NCBI GenBank assembly: GCA_030682495.1
Contig: JAUXOC010000039.1
Span: 9,604-73,603, forward strand
Length of the DNA: 64,000 nt
Reading direction: 5' to 3'
Source: Alphaproteobacteria bacterium
Lineage (GTDB): Bacteria; Pseudomonadota; Alphaproteobacteria; Micavibrionales; UBA2020
In this document: positions 28,132 through 38,886 of the stretch, piece after piece
How positions within the stretch are numbered: position 1 is the first letter of the stretch
Layout of the letters: each line of letters starts with the position of its first letter
Made by a program: the position numbers and the translations under genes
Notes under the pieces: generated by a model
Seen by the model: only the letters and a program-made list of their open reading frames with translations
Database searches by the model: none
What the model was told of the DNA's origin: nothing

Positions 28132-28664
28132 TGTGGCGGCAAGTTTCGCGCGGGCGATGCTTCTGCCGATGGCGTTTGTGCCAACTGCCGCCACTTGTCG
28201 ATGCTGTTGTCCTCCAGCGGCGCCAGATTGATACACCATTTTGTCAGGTGGCCGCTTTCCGACACCCATTCGAGCGCATTGATATCGTCTTCGATCAGCT
28301 CATGGTGATAAGGGTCGTAATAGACCACGCGCTGTCCTTCGCGGCAGAGAAACAGCACATAGTGCCCTTCCTCCTGAATAATATTGGCAATTGCAACGCC
28401 GCCTTGATAGCAATCCTCGCCGCTGGAAACAAAGGGCAGCGTCTTTTCGGCCAGCGCCGCCATGTCGAAATTGTCAGAGCCGGTTTGCGGGTTGGGGCTG
28501 AGCGCGGCGCGATAGTTTTCGTAATCCATAGTCTTTGCGCCATAGACAGCGGCGGCGCTGGTCATACAGGCGGGGCCGCAGGAAAACTCGTCACGCTGGC
28601 GGCTCAGTAAGGCGCCCAAGGCGCTGCCGTCGAGCGGCAGATGTTCGGCAGTGGATTTGTTCAT
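28119..28664 (-). CDS. Stand-alone papain-like cysteine peptidase, C39-like
   Basis: 181 aa. 'RDEFSCGPACMTSAAAVYG' gives the catalytic Cys context. 'EEGHYVLFLCREGQRVVYYDPY' gives the H-[YW]-V-[VL]...DP context of C39-type peptidases. No ABC transporter domain is attached. Confidence 0.5.
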   Translation of the reverse strand: MNKSTAEHLPLDGSALGALLSRQRDEFSCGPACMTSAAAVYGAKTMDYENYRAALSPNPQTGSDNFDMAALAEKTLPFVSSGEDCYQGGVAIANIIQEEGHYVLFLCREGQRVVYYDPYHHELIEDDINALEWVSESGHLTKWCINLAPLEDNSIDKWRQLAQTPSAEASPARNLPPQRKR

Positions 28665-28824
28665 GCGCCATTATACCATCTGCACGGTGGCTGAAAAGCG
28701 GCTTTGAAACGATGTCTTGACATAATGACCAAGAGAAGATGCAGCGATGGCGCAGGCCTTCTGCGTAAAGTTTGTGCAAAGCAAAAATCAAGCCCCCATC
28801 TTGCGGAAAACAATTGTTTTTTGA

Positions 28825-29934
<1,110 letters not shown>

Positions 29935-29981
29935 GACCAGACCAGCCAAAGCCAGATCATCCAAAGAAGGACCAAGATAAA

Positions 29982-31154
29982 ATGAACATTCACGAGTATC
30001 AGGCCAAGCAGCTTTTGAAAGCGCGCGGCGTGCCCGTTCTGAACGGCGGCGTCGCCTATACGGTCGAAGAAGCCGTGGAAGTCGCAAAAACGCTGCCCGG
30101 CCCTATTTACGTGGTCAAGGCGCAGATCCATGCCGGCGGCCGCGGCAAGGGGGGCGGCGTCAAGGTCGTCAAATCGCTCGACGAAGTGAAAGAAGCCGCA
30201 ACCAAAATCCTCGGCATGCAACTGGTCACACACCAGACTGGTCCGCAAGGCCAGGAAGTGCGCCGCCTGTATATCGAAGACGGCTGCGACATTGGCCGCG
30301 AACTGTATCTCGGTATGCTGACCGACCGCGCGACATCGGGCATCACCATCATGGCCTCGACCGAAGGCGGGATGGATATTGAAGAAGTCGCCGACAAACA
30401 CCCCGAAAAAATTCTCAAAGTCCATGTTGACCCTGCTACGGGTTTTCAGGCTTTCCACGGCCGCGAAGTGGCCTTCGGTCTTGGCCTTGAGGGCAAGCAG
30501 GTCGGCAAATGTGTTGATCTTTTGCACAAGCTTTATAACACCTTTGTCGAGCTGGATGCCTCGATCGTCGAGATCAACCCGCTGGTCGTGACCAAGGCCG
30601 GCGATGTGCTGCCGCTGGATGCGAAAATGAACTTCGACGACAACGCGATGTTCCGCCAGAAGGCAATCGAAGAGCTGCGCGATGTTGCCGAAGAAGATCC
30701 GGCAGAAAAACGCGCGAAAGATCATGAACTGAACTACGTCAAGCTTGACGGCAATATCGGTTGCATGGTCAACGGCGCAGGCCTTGCCATGGCGACGATG
30801 GACATCATCCAGCTTTATGGCGGCGCGCCGGCAAACTTCCTTGATGTCGGCGGCGGCGCAACCAAAGAGCGCGTGGCCGAAGCTTTCCGCATCATCCTGT
30901 CCGATCCGAACGTCGAGGGCATCCTCGTCAATATCTTCGGCGGCATCATGCGCTGTGATGTGATTGCCGAAGGTGTGATTACTGCCGCGCGCGAACTGGG
31001 GCTGACCATGCCGCTTGTTGTGCGTCTCGAAGGCACGAACGTCGAGAAGGGCAAAAAGCTTCTCAAGGAGTCGGGTCTTAACATCATCGCTGCCGACAAC
31101 CTCGCCGATGCGGCGCAGAAAGTCGTCAATACTGTCAAAGCGGAGGCTGCATAA
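29982..31154 (+). CDS. sucC: Succinyl-CoA synthetase beta subunit
   Basis: '[12 protein letters not shown]...GVPV' start at 29982. '[18 protein letters not shown]' and '[15 protein letters not shown]' are present. Confidence 0.95.
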   Translation: MNIHEYQAKQLLKARGVPVLNGGVAYTVEEAVEVAKTLPGPIYVVKAQIHAGGRGKGGGVKVVKSLDEVKEAATKILGMQLVTHQTGPQGQEVRRLYIEDGCDIGRELYLGMLTDRATSGITIMASTEGGMDIEEVADKHPEKILKVHVDPATGFQAFHGREVAFGLGLEGKQVGKCVDLLHKLYNTFVELDASIVEINPLVVTKAGDVLPLDAKMNFDDNAMFRQKAIEELRDVAEEDPAEKRAKDHELNYVKLDGNIGCMVNGAGLAMATMDIIQLYGGAPANFLDVGGGATKERVAEAFRIILSDPNVEGILVNIFGGIMRCDVIAEGVITAARELGLTMPLVVRLEGTNVEKGKKLLKESGLNIIAADNLADAAQKVVNTVKAEAA

Positions 31155-31156
31155 TC

Positions 31157-32035
31157 ATGGCCGTACTTATCAACAAAGACACCAAAGTCATCTGTCAGGG
31201 ATTCACCGGCGCGCAGGGCACGTTCCACTCCGAACAGGCTGTTGCCTATGGCACCAAAATGGTTGGCGGCGTCACGCCCGGCAAGGGCGGCACGAAACAC
31301 CTCGACCTGCCCGTCTTCAACACGGTCAAGGCTGCGGTCAACGATACGGGCGCGAATGCGTCGGTTATTTATGTTCCGCCACCGTTTGCGGCTGATGCCA
31401 TCCTCGAGGCGATTGATGCCGAGCTGGATCTGGTCGTGTGCATTACCGAGGGCATTCCGGTGCTCGACATGATTAAAGTCAAACGCAAGCTGATCGGCTC
31501 CAAAACCCGCCTGATCGGCCCCAACTGCCCCGGCGTGATTACGCCCGGCGAATGCAAAATCGGCATTATGCCCGGCCATATCCACAAACGTGGCAAGGTC
31601 GGTATCGTGTCGCGTTCCGGCACGCTGACCTACGAAGCGGTGGCGCAGACCACGGCTAATGGTTTGGGCCAGACGACCTGCATCGGCATCGGCGGTGACC
31701 CCGTCAATGGCACAAGCTTTATCGATGCGCTGGAAATGTTCCTCGCCGATGACGAAACCGAAGCCATCCTGATGATCGGTGAAATTGGCGGCAGCGGCGA
31801 AGAAGACGCAGCCGAATTCGTCAAGAGCCACAAAAAGAGAAAACCCATCGCCGGCTTTATCGCCGGTGTGACGGCCCCGCCGGGCCGCCGCATGGGCCAT
31901 GCCGGCGCGATTATCGCGGGCGGCAAGGGCGGTGCGAAGGATAAAATTGCGGCCATGCAGGCAGCGGGCTTTGTCGTATCCGACAGCCCCGCAGGCCTTG
32001 GCGATGCCGTGATGAAAGCCATCAAGGCGGCATAA
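31157..32035 (+). CDS. sucD: Succinyl-CoA synthetase alpha subunit
   Basis: 292 aa. '[17 protein letters not shown]', '[12 protein letters not shown]' and phospho-His motif 'MGHAGAII'. Confidence 0.95.
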   Translation: MAVLINKDTKVICQGFTGAQGTFHSEQAVAYGTKMVGGVTPGKGGTKHLDLPVFNTVKAAVNDTGANASVIYVPPPFAADAILEAIDAELDLVVCITEGIPVLDMIKVKRKLIGSKTRLIGPNCPGVITPGECKIGIMPGHIHKRGKVGIVSRSGTLTYEAVAQTTANGLGQTTCIGIGGDPVNGTSFIDALEMFLADDETEAILMIGEIGGSGEEDAAEFVKSHKKRKPIAGFIAGVTAPPGRRMGHAGAIIAGGKGGAKDKIAAMQAAGFVVSDSPAGLGDAVMKAIKAA

Positions 32036-32123
32036 GATGTTCAGGGGCGGCCGGTTGTGCCGCCCCGCGCGTCTCTGCCTTGCACGAACTTTGTTAAAGA
32101 CCGACACCTGAAAGACCGACAGC

Positions 32124-35003
32124 ATGTCAAACCATCACGCTCTCAGCTTCCTCTCCGCCGTCGATAGTGATTATATCGCAGGGCTGTACGAAAAATTTCT
32201 GCAAAATCCCGCAGCGGTCGATGCGAGCTGGGCGGAGCTGTTCAAGGATATGGGCGCGGAAGCGAAAGAGCTGATCGCCGAGTTGAAAGGCGCCAGCTGG
32301 ACACCTTCGCCCGAAAAACTCTCCGCGGTTTTATCGACCGCTGCCAATAACGAAGAGGGCGCCAGACCGGCGAAGAAAGCCGACAAAGCCGCGCCCGCCT
32401 CTGCAAATGCCGCCGATGTGCGCGCCGCCGCGCAGGATTCCATCCGCGCGCTGATGCTGCTGCGCGGTTACCGCGTGCGCGGGCATTTCCTTGCCAATCT
32501 TGACCCGCTGGGTCTGTCGCAGAAAAGCCGCCACGCCGACCTCGACATTCATACCTATGGCTTTACCGAAGCCGATCTGGGCCGCGAGATTTTTGTCGAT
32601 GGTGCTTTCGGTGCCGAAAAACTAACGCTCGCCGATATCGTGACGCGCCTTGAAGACACCTATTGCCGCTCTATCGGTCTTGAATATATGCATATTCAGG
32701 ACCTCGGCCAGCGCTTGTGGCTGCAGGAACGCTTCGAGCAGCCGCATGCCGGTATGAATTTCAGCGCGCCCGAGAAAAAACATTTTCTGCAGCGCCTGAC
32801 AGCGGCGGAAGGTTTCGAGAAATTTCTCGACATGAAATACACCGGCACCAAACGTTTTGGCGTCGAAGGCGGCGAGGCGACAATCCCCGCGCTCGAAGAA
32901 GTCATTGCGACCGGCGCGCGTTTTGGCGTGCGCGAAGTTGTCGTAGGTATGGCGCACCGTGGTCGCCTGAATGTGCTGACCAACGTGATGGGCAAGACCT
33001 TTACGGCCATGTTCTCCGAATTCCAGGGCACGCCGGCCAAGCCGGACGATGTGCAGGGTTCGGGCGATGTCAAATACCACCTCGGCACGTCTTCTGACCG
33101 CGATTTTGGCGGCAATATTGTGCATCTGTCGTTGACGCCGAACCCGTCGCATCTTGAATTCGTTGATCCGGTCACGGTCGGTAAAGTCCGCGCCAAACAG
33201 GATATCCGCAAAGACGAAGAACGCCTGTCGGTGATGACACTGCTCATTCACGGCGATGCCGCGCTGTCCGGTCAGGGCATTGTGCCTGAAACGCTGATGA
33301 TGTCCGATCTGCCCGGCTACCGCGTCGGCGGCACGGTGCATGTTGTCATCAACAACCAGATCGGCTTTACAACCGCGCCGCTCTATTCCCGCTCCGGCAA
33401 TTACTGCACGGATGTCGCCAAGATGGTGCAATCGCCGATTTTCCACGTCAACGGCGACGATGTAGAGGCTGTGATGCACGCCACACGTCTTGCGGTTGAA
33501 TTCCGCCAGACGTTTAAAAAAGACGTCTTCCTCGATATCATCTGCTATCGCCGCCACGGCCACAACGAGTCGGATGAGCCTGCCTTCACGCAGCCGCAGA
33601 TGTACAAAGTCATCAAAAGCAAAAAGACGACCCGCGCTATTTATGCCGAGCAGCTGAATGCCGAAGGCGTCATGACGCCAGAGGAAACCGACCAGATGTA
33701 CGCTGACTGGAACGCGTATCTGGAACGTGAATTCGAAGCCGCCACCAGCTATAAACCGAACCGCGCCGATATGCTGGAAGGCCATTGGTCCGGCCTTAAA
33801 CAGGCACATGGCGATGAACGCCGCGGTGAAACGGCGATCAGCGAAGAGATGATGCAAAAAATCGGCAAGGCGCTGACGACCGTGCCGGATGATTTCGACC
33901 TCAACAGCAAAATCGCGCGCCAGCTGGAAGCAAAAAAGAAAATGTTCGAAACCGGCGAAGGTTTCGACTGGGCAACCGCCGAGGCGCTGGCCTTTGGCGG
34001 TCTTGTGCTCGAAGGCCACCCCGTGCGCCTGTCGGGGCAGGATTGCGGCCGCGGCACGTTCTCGCACCGCCACGCCGCGCTGACCGACCAGACGAACGAA
34101 AAGCGTTATATGCCGCTCAACAATATCGACCCCGCGCAGTCAGCCTTTGAAGTGCATGACAGTCCGCTGAGCGAGGCGGCTGTGCTGGGCTTTGAATACG
34201 GCTATTCCACGGCCAATCCGAAATCACTGGTACTGTGGGAAGGCCAGTTTGGCGATTTCGTCAACGGTGCGCAGGTGATTATCGACCAGTTCATCGCCTC
34301 TGCCGAAACGAAGTGGCTGCGTATGTCGGGACTTGTCCTGCTGCTGCCGCATGGATCGGAAGGGCAGGGGCCGGAGCATTCCTCCGGCCGTCCTGAACGT
34401 TTCCTGCAGCTTTGTGCCGAAGACAACTGGCAGGTGCTGAATTGCTCCACGCCCGCCAACTACTTCCATGCGCTGCGCCGTCAATTGCGCCGCGACTTCC
34501 GCAAGCCGCTGATCGTCATGACGCCGAAATCGCTGCTGCGGCATAAACTTTGTGTCTCTCCCGCATCGATGTTTACGGGCAGCCAGACGTTCCACCGCAT
34601 TCTGCACGAAGATAATCCGCCGCCCGCCAAAGGCGTCAAGCGCGTGGTTATTTGCAGCGGCAAGATATACTACGATCTTTTCGAGGCGCGCGAGAAAGCG
34701 GGTATCAAAAACGTTGTTCTGCTGCGCCTTGAACAATTTTATCCCTTCCCCGAAAAACCGCTGGCGGACGAGCTGGCGAAATATCCGAACGCCGATGTGA
34801 TCTGGTGTCAGGAAGAACCTGAAAATCAAGGCGGCTGGCATTTTGTCGATCGCCGTATCGAAAAAACACTGACGGGCATTCAGCACAAGGCGGGACGCCC
34901 CGTTTATGTCGGCCGCCCTGCGGCCGCCGCACCGGCGACCGGCTCTCTCAAAACCCACAACAAGGAACAGGAAGCGCTGGTGATGACCGCGCTTACAGTC
35001 TGA
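32124..35003 (+). CDS. sucA: 2-oxoglutarate dehydrogenase E1 component
   Basis: 959 aa. 'LLRGYRVRGH..A.LDPL', 'KRFGVEGGE', 'MAHRGRLNVL', 'GDVKYHLG', 'HGDAA..GQG' and 'WEGQFGDFVNGAQ' are canonical SucA blocks. Confidence 0.95.
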   Translation: MSNHHALSFLSAVDSDYIAGLYEKFLQNPAAVDASWAELFKDMGAEAKELIAELKGASWTPSPEKLSAVLSTAANNEEGARPAKKADKAAPASANAADVRAAAQDSIRALMLLRGYRVRGHFLANLDPLGLSQKSRHADLDIHTYGFTEADLGREIFVDGAFGAEKLTLADIVTRLEDTYCRSIGLEYMHIQDLGQRLWLQERFEQPHAGMNFSAPEKKHFLQRLTAAEGFEKFLDMKYTGTKRFGVEGGEATIPALEEVIATGARFGVREVVVGMAHRGRLNVLTNVMGKTFTAMFSEFQGTPAKPDDVQGSGDVKYHLGTSSDRDFGGNIVHLSLTPNPSHLEFVDPVTVGKVRAKQDIRKDEERLSVMTLLIHGDAALSGQGIVPETLMMSDLPGYRVGGTVHVVINNQIGFTTAPLYSRSGNYCTDVAKMVQSPIFHVNGDDVEAVMHATRLAVEFRQTFKKDVFLDIICYRRHGHNESDEPAFTQPQMYKVIKSKKTTRAIYAEQLNAEGVMTPEETDQMYADWNAYLEREFEAATSYKPNRADMLEGHWSGLKQAHGDERRGETAISEEMMQKIGKALTTVPDDFDLNSKIARQLEAKKKMFETGEGFDWATAEALAFGGLVLEGHPVRLSGQDCGRGTFSHRHAALTDQTNEKRYMPLNNIDPAQSAFEVHDSPLSEAAVLGFEYGYSTANPKSLVLWEGQFGDFVNGAQVIIDQFIASAETKWLRMSGLVLLLPHGSEGQGPEHSSGRPERFLQLCAEDNWQVLNCSTPANYFHALRRQLRRDFRKPLIVMTPKSLLRHKLCVSPASMFTGSQTFHRILHEDNPPPAKGVKRVVICSGKIYYDLFEAREKAGIKNVVLLRLEQFYPFPEKPLADELAKYPNADVIWCQEEPENQGGWHFVDRRIEKTLTGIQHKAGRPVYVGRPAAAAPATGSLKTHNKEQEALVMTALTV

Positions 35004-35036
35004 TCCGCATCTTTTAAGCAAAGAAGGTAGTAAAAC

Positions 35037-36251
35037 ATGGCCACAGAAATCATCGTCCCCGCCCTCGGCGAATCCGTCAAGGAAGCGACTGTCGCGAAAT
35101 GGCTCAAAAACGTCGGCGATGCTATCGCCGTTGACGAGCCTTTGGTCGAACTGGAAACCGACAAGGTGACGCTGGAAGTGAACGCCAAATCCGCAGGCGT
35201 TTTGAAAGAAATCAAAGTACAGACCGGCAGCAATGTCGAGGTTGGCGCGATTCTGGGCTTTATCTCCGAAGGCGGCGTTGCTGCGGCCAAAGCCGATAAA
35301 AAAGCCCCCGCAGCGAAGGCCGAAGCGCCCAAGGCGCAGCAGGCCGCTGCCAAGGCCTCCAACAATGATACTTTTCTGTCGCCCGCGCCGCGCAAAATCG
35401 CCGATGACAACGCTCTGGATGTTTCCGGTCTGCAAGGCTCCGGCAAAGATGGCCGCGTGACCAAGGGGGATGTGCTCGAAGCGCTCAAAGCGCCCGCTGC
35501 TGCACCTGCCGCCAAATCGCCCGCGCAGCCGTCCGGTCCGCGCAGCAAGGCCGACCGCGAAGAGCGCGTCAAGATGACCCGTCTGCGCCAGCGCATTGCC
35601 GAGCGTTTGAAAGAAGCGCAAAACACTGCCGCACTGCTGACGACGTTCAACGAAGTCGACATGAGCCATATCATCGCCCTGCGCAACCAGTACAAAGACA
35701 GCTTTGAAAAGAAACACGGCATCAAACTCGGTTTCATGTCTTTCTTCGTCAAGGCGGCCATTCAGGCGCTCAAAGATTTTCCCGCCGTGAATGCGGAAAT
35801 CGACGGCACCGATATTGTTTATAAAAATTACTACGATATCGGCGTGGCCGTTTCGACGCCCAGCGGCCTTGTCGTGCCGGTGGTGCGTGATGCGGATATC
35901 AAAGGTTTTGCCGGTATTGAAAAAGAGATCGGCGATCTCGGCCTGCGCGCCCGCGATGGTAAACTGGGGCTGGAAGATCTCTCCGGCGGCACTTTTACCA
36001 TCACCAACGGCGGCGTTTTTGGCTCTCTGCTCTCCACGCCGATCATCAACCCGCCGCAATCGGCCATTCTGGGCATGCATGCGACCAAAGAGCGCGCCGT
36101 TGTTGTGAACGGTCAGGTCGTTGCGCGCCCGATGATGTATATCGCGCTCAGCTATGACCACCGTATCATCGACGGCAAAGAAGCGGTCTCCTTCCTCGTG
36201 CGCATCAAAGACGCCATCGAAGATCCGCAGCGCCTGCTGCTCGACGTTTAA
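35037..36251 (+). CDS. sucB: Dihydrolipoyllysine-residue succinyltransferase (E2o)
   Basis: 404 aa. Lipoyl domain '[10 protein letters not shown]', an Ala/Pro linker, an E3-binding segment, and the catalytic '[13 protein letters not shown]'. Confidence 0.95.
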   Translation: MATEIIVPALGESVKEATVAKWLKNVGDAIAVDEPLVELETDKVTLEVNAKSAGVLKEIKVQTGSNVEVGAILGFISEGGVAAAKADKKAPAAKAEAPKAQQAAAKASNNDTFLSPAPRKIADDNALDVSGLQGSGKDGRVTKGDVLEALKAPAAAPAAKSPAQPSGPRSKADREERVKMTRLRQRIAERLKEAQNTAALLTTFNEVDMSHIIALRNQYKDSFEKKHGIKLGFMSFFVKAAIQALKDFPAVNAEIDGTDIVYKNYYDIGVAVSTPSGLVVPVVRDADIKGFAGIEKEIGDLGLRARDGKLGLEDLSGGTFTITNGGVFGSLLSTPIINPPQSAILGMHATKERAVVVNGQVVARPMMYIALSYDHRIIDGKEAVSFLVRIKDAIEDPQRLLLDV

Positions 36252-36259
36252 AACAGGGA

Positions 36260-36279
36260 GGGGCGCCGCAAGGCGCCCC
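36260..36279 (+). terminator. GC-rich hairpin after sucB (weak or leaky terminator, or stabiliser)
   Basis: Stem ggggcgcc / ggcgcccc with GCAA loop, followed by 'gttcttatg'. The U-tract is poor, and the next start codon is 7 nt downstream. Confidence 0.35.
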
Positions 36280-36285
36280 GTTCTT

Positions 36286-37020
36286 ATGCGTATTGTTCTT
36301 TGCTTGCTATTGTTTCTGGCTTTTCCGGTGCCCGTGTTTGCGCAGCCCGCTGCACCGCAGGCCGTGGGTGATTACGTTGTGCTGATGCACGGCATCGGGC
36401 GCAGCCCTGCGGCCATGAAGAAAATGGAAGCCGATCTGCGCCGCCGCGGCTATGGGGTGCTTAATCTCGGCTATGACTCGCGCAAACATTCTATCGCGGC
36501 ATTGGTGGATAATATGCATGCAGATGTCGATGCCTTTGCGGTCGATAAAACGCGCAAGTTACATTTTGTCGGGCATTCGATGGGCGCACTTGTCATTCGT
36601 GCCTATGCGCAAAAATACAAACCGGCCAATATGGGACGCATCGTCGCGCTCGGCAGCCCGAATACCGGCAGCGAAGTGGCAGATTTCCTGAGCCAGAGCA
36701 GTCTCTACGAAAAATTTTACGGCCCCGCAGGGCTTGAACTGACGACGGTTTACCGCGCCGAACACACCTTTGACAAACCGTTTTACGAGATCGGCACAAT
36801 CGCGGGCGACCGGACGATTGACCCGCTGTCATCCGTGATTATTCCGGGCGACGATGATGGCAAGGTATCGATTGCCAGCACGCATGTGGCGGGCGAAAAA
36901 GACCACATCGTCCTGCATGCCAACCACGCCACGATGCCGTCAAATGCGGCGGTTATCATTGAAACCGCACATTTTCTGCAATACGGCTTTTTCAAGCGGG
37001 CGGGGAATATGCCGCGTTAA
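36286..37020 (+). CDS. Secreted alpha/beta hydrolase, lipase/esterase-like
   Basis: 244 aa. Signal peptide 'MRIVLCLLLFLAFPVPVFAQ', 'VVLMHGIGRS', nucleophile 'GHSMGA', later 'DDDGKV' and 'NHATM'. Confidence 0.6.
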   Translation: MRIVLCLLLFLAFPVPVFAQPAAPQAVGDYVVLMHGIGRSPAAMKKMEADLRRRGYGVLNLGYDSRKHSIAALVDNMHADVDAFAVDKTRKLHFVGHSMGALVIRAYAQKYKPANMGRIVALGSPNTGSEVADFLSQSSLYEKFYGPAGLELTTVYRAEHTFDKPFYEIGTIAGDRTIDPLSSVIIPGDDDGKVSIASTHVAGEKDHIVLHANHATMPSNAAVIIETAHFLQYGFFKRAGNMPR

Positions 37021-37030
37021 CGATTTTTTG

Positions 37031-37068
37031 GCGGGCATCACCCTATAATATTTAGCGGGCGTCGCCCT
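37031..37068 (+). promoter_or_regulatory. Candidate promoter/operator of the DUF433-DUF5615 pair
   Basis: TATAAT at 37044-37049 is flanked by imperfect direct repeats gcgggcatcaccct (37031-37044) and gcgggcgtcgccct (37055-37068). Located about 30-65 nt upstream of the DUF433 start. No convincing -35 element. Confidence 0.3.
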
Positions 37069-37096
37069 GTCATAACCGAGAAAGAGGGAGAGCCGT

Positions 37097-37321
37097 ATGG
37101 CGCTCGAGGAATGGCTGAGCCAAAGCGATGATGTGATGAGCGGGCAGCTGGTGTTTCGCGGCACGCGCGTCCCTGTCTGCGTGCTGTTCGATAACCTGCG
37201 TGATGGTCTGCCTCTTGATGAAATTCTGTCATCCTACCCGACCATCCCGCGCGCCGCGGCAGAGGCCGTTCTCGAATACGCGCTACAATGCGTGCAGGAC
37301 GGAGCGGAGGGCGGGCTGTGA
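37097..37321 (+). CDS. DUF433-family small protein (antitoxin-like partner)
   Basis: 74 aa with a GAGGGAG SD. 'MSGQLVFRGTRVPVCVLFDNLRDGLPLDEILSSYPTIPRAAAEAVLEYA' matches the DUF433 pattern (G-x-P-x-x-x-GTR[IV]-x-V ... YP-x-[LI]). Confidence 0.7.
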   Translation: MALEEWLSQSDDVMSGQLVFRGTRVPVCVLFDNLRDGLPLDEILSSYPTIPRAAAEAVLEYALQCVQDGAEGGL

Positions 37322-37743
37322 AGAAGAAAATCCTGATCGACGAATGCCTGCCCTTGCGCCTTGCTGCCTGGCTCGGTGACCATGATGCGGAAACAGTCTC
37401 CTACAGGGGCTGGGCCGGAAAAGACGATGGCGAAATTCTTAAACTGGCCGAGCAGGCCGGGTTTGATATCCTGCTGACGGCGGATGCCAATATCAAAGAC
37501 CAGCGCAAGCTGGAGGGAATGAACCTGTCCGTTGTCGCTATCCCGACCAATCGCCAGCATGTGGTTGAAAGTATTCTGCCGCAGATACGTCAGTCGGTCG
37601 GTCTTGCAGAACCGGGTGCCTTCGTGGTGTTGTCCTTCACCACGCCGGATTTCGGGCAGTGGCGCGACCGGTCGGAATGCACGGAAATACGCGCTGAAAA
37701 ATCCGTGCAGCACAAATACGCGCTGCCCGCGGTCAAAGGGTAA
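37318..37743 (+). CDS. DUF5615/Mut7-C-like PIN-fold protein (toxin-like partner)
   Basis: GTG 37318-37320 overlaps the DUF433 stop (GTGA), with a GGAGGG SD 6 nt upstream. 'KKILIDECLPLRLAAWLGDHD...GWAGKDDGEILKLAEQAGFDILLTADANI' matches the remembered DUF5615 pattern. An alternative ATG is at 37288. Confidence 0.62.
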   Translation: MKKKILIDECLPLRLAAWLGDHDAETVSYRGWAGKDDGEILKLAEQAGFDILLTADANIKDQRKLEGMNLSVVAIPTNRQHVVESILPQIRQSVGLAEPGAFVVLSFTTPDFGQWRDRSECTEIRAEKSVQHKYALPAVKG

Positions 37744-37755
37744 CTCAAAAGATCA

Positions 37756-38748
37756 TCAGATGCCGAGGGAGCCTTGCTTCGGCGCGGCGGGCGCGTTTTT
37801 CGGGTTCGGTTTTTCGTCGGGTGTGAATTGTGTTGCGCTCACAACCTTCCAGTGCATGTCGACAAAAACAACAGGGCGGTTTTCATCCAGCTCCCGCCGT
37901 GCGCGCTGCGCCTCGTGCCAATGCAGTGACGGGCGGGCGATCAGATGCACGACTTCACCACGCAGGGTCTGGCGGAATTTATCGTCGGTATCGGCGCGCT
38001 GCAGCAGCACGATGCGCTGGCCGGGTTTTTTGAAAATATTGATTGGCGTGCCGCGCAGTGCTTTGGTGCGTCCCTCGCGGCTGCCTTCGGTCGCGCTAAA
38101 GCGGATCAAGCGCGGGAAATCGGTGATCTCCTGCACGCTGTGAATGGCATCGGGACCGTCTTTGACCTGCCGCGGTGTCGATTGCAACGTCAGGTACATA
38201 TTGTTCAGCAGCGAGCGGTATTTATCTTTGCTGTCGATGACGAATTCATCAAGCGGCAGGGTCTTGCCCTGATAGTTTACGCGGGTTCTGGCGCGGGCGG
38301 CATCGCCGCCTTTTTCGTTGATGGTGTCGATATAATCCAGCATATCTTCGATATTGCGCGCACCGACGGCAACATAATCACGCACTTCATTCGTGCTCGA
38401 CTGGCAAACCAGCGCGCCGGCAACGCCGTTAAAATTTTCCATCAACCGGACGTTGAGGTTGATGACAATGTTTTTGTTTTCGCGAATGGCCTGTTCCAGC
38501 GATTTGCGGTGCTTGGCCTGAATGGCCAGCTGCTCATGCGCATTGCAGTCGTGGATATGATCTTTGACGCTTTTGGAAAAGAAATGCGCACTTTTGAGCG
38601 CAAGGCTGCCGTGGGTGAGGGCTTCTTTGCGAAACCCCATCTGTGCGCCGCAATCCGGATCGGCGCAGTGCAGGTCGCTGCCGTGCTCGTCGCGTTTATA
38701 TTGATGGGCCAAAACCACTTGTCCGTCGGCCAGTCGTGCTTTTTTCAT
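37756..38748 (-). CDS. Hypothetical 330-aa protein with an N-terminal CoiA-like zinc-ribbon/'HF' motif; the rest is unrecognised
   Basis: 'LHCADPDCGAQMGFRKE....KSAHFFSKSVKDHIHDC' shows C-x4-C ... HF ... H-x-H-x-C, reminiscent of CoiA-type N-termini. No PD-(D/E)xK or other catalytic motif found by eye. Convergent with the DUF5615 gene, 12-bp gap. Confidence 0.55.
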   Translation of the reverse strand: MKKARLADGQVVLAHQYKRDEHGSDLHCADPDCGAQMGFRKEALTHGSLALKSAHFFSKSVKDHIHDCNAHEQLAIQAKHRKSLEQAIRENKNIVINLNVRLMENFNGVAGALVCQSSTNEVRDYVAVGARNIEDMLDYIDTINEKGGDAARARTRVNYQGKTLPLDEFVIDSKDKYRSLLNNMYLTLQSTPRQVKDGPDAIHSVQEITDFPRLIRFSATEGSREGRTKALRGTPINIFKKPGQRIVLLQRADTDDKFRQTLRGEVVHLIARPSLHWHEAQRARRELDENRPVVFVDMHWKVVSATQFTPDEKPNPKNAPAAPKQGSLGI

Positions 38749-38855
38749 GTCCGTTGTCCCCGCTTGCGCGCATTTAACATAACAAAATAACCGGTGGGCG
38801 ACAAGAGAAAGTTGCCAAATCTCTGAAAAAGAATAGAATTCTCTTTATAAAAGGT

Positions 38856-38886
38856 GAAAGGGCCGGTGTTACGGACCGGCCCTTTC
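38856..38886. terminator. Orphan perfect 12-bp-stem hairpin in a divergent intergenic region
   Basis: gaaagggccggt (38856-38867), loop gttacgg, accggccctttc (38875-38886). U-richness is moderate on both strands (+: ttccttg; -: cacctttta). No annotated gene ends here. Confidence 0.4.

Noticed and set aside
34224-36161. Very long antisense ORFs opposite well-supported genes. Examples: 34224..36161(-) over sucA/sucB, 32622..34073(-), 21985..23790(-), 14673..16082(+), 604..2070(+), 28858..30087(-), 43313..44590(-), 53949..56003(+), 7970..9373(-), 17263..18426(-).
   Set aside because: Their translations are Arg/Ala/Gly/His-rich low-complexity sequence with no motifs. The opposite strand in each case encodes a protein with canonical family signatures. 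This is the typical shadow-ORF behaviour of GC-rich DNA.
36260-36279. The hairpin after sucB considered as a full transcription stop that isolates the island from the suc operon.
   Set aside because: The U-tract is poor and the next start codon is 7 nt away. Read-through is likely, so it is kept only as a low-confidence feature.
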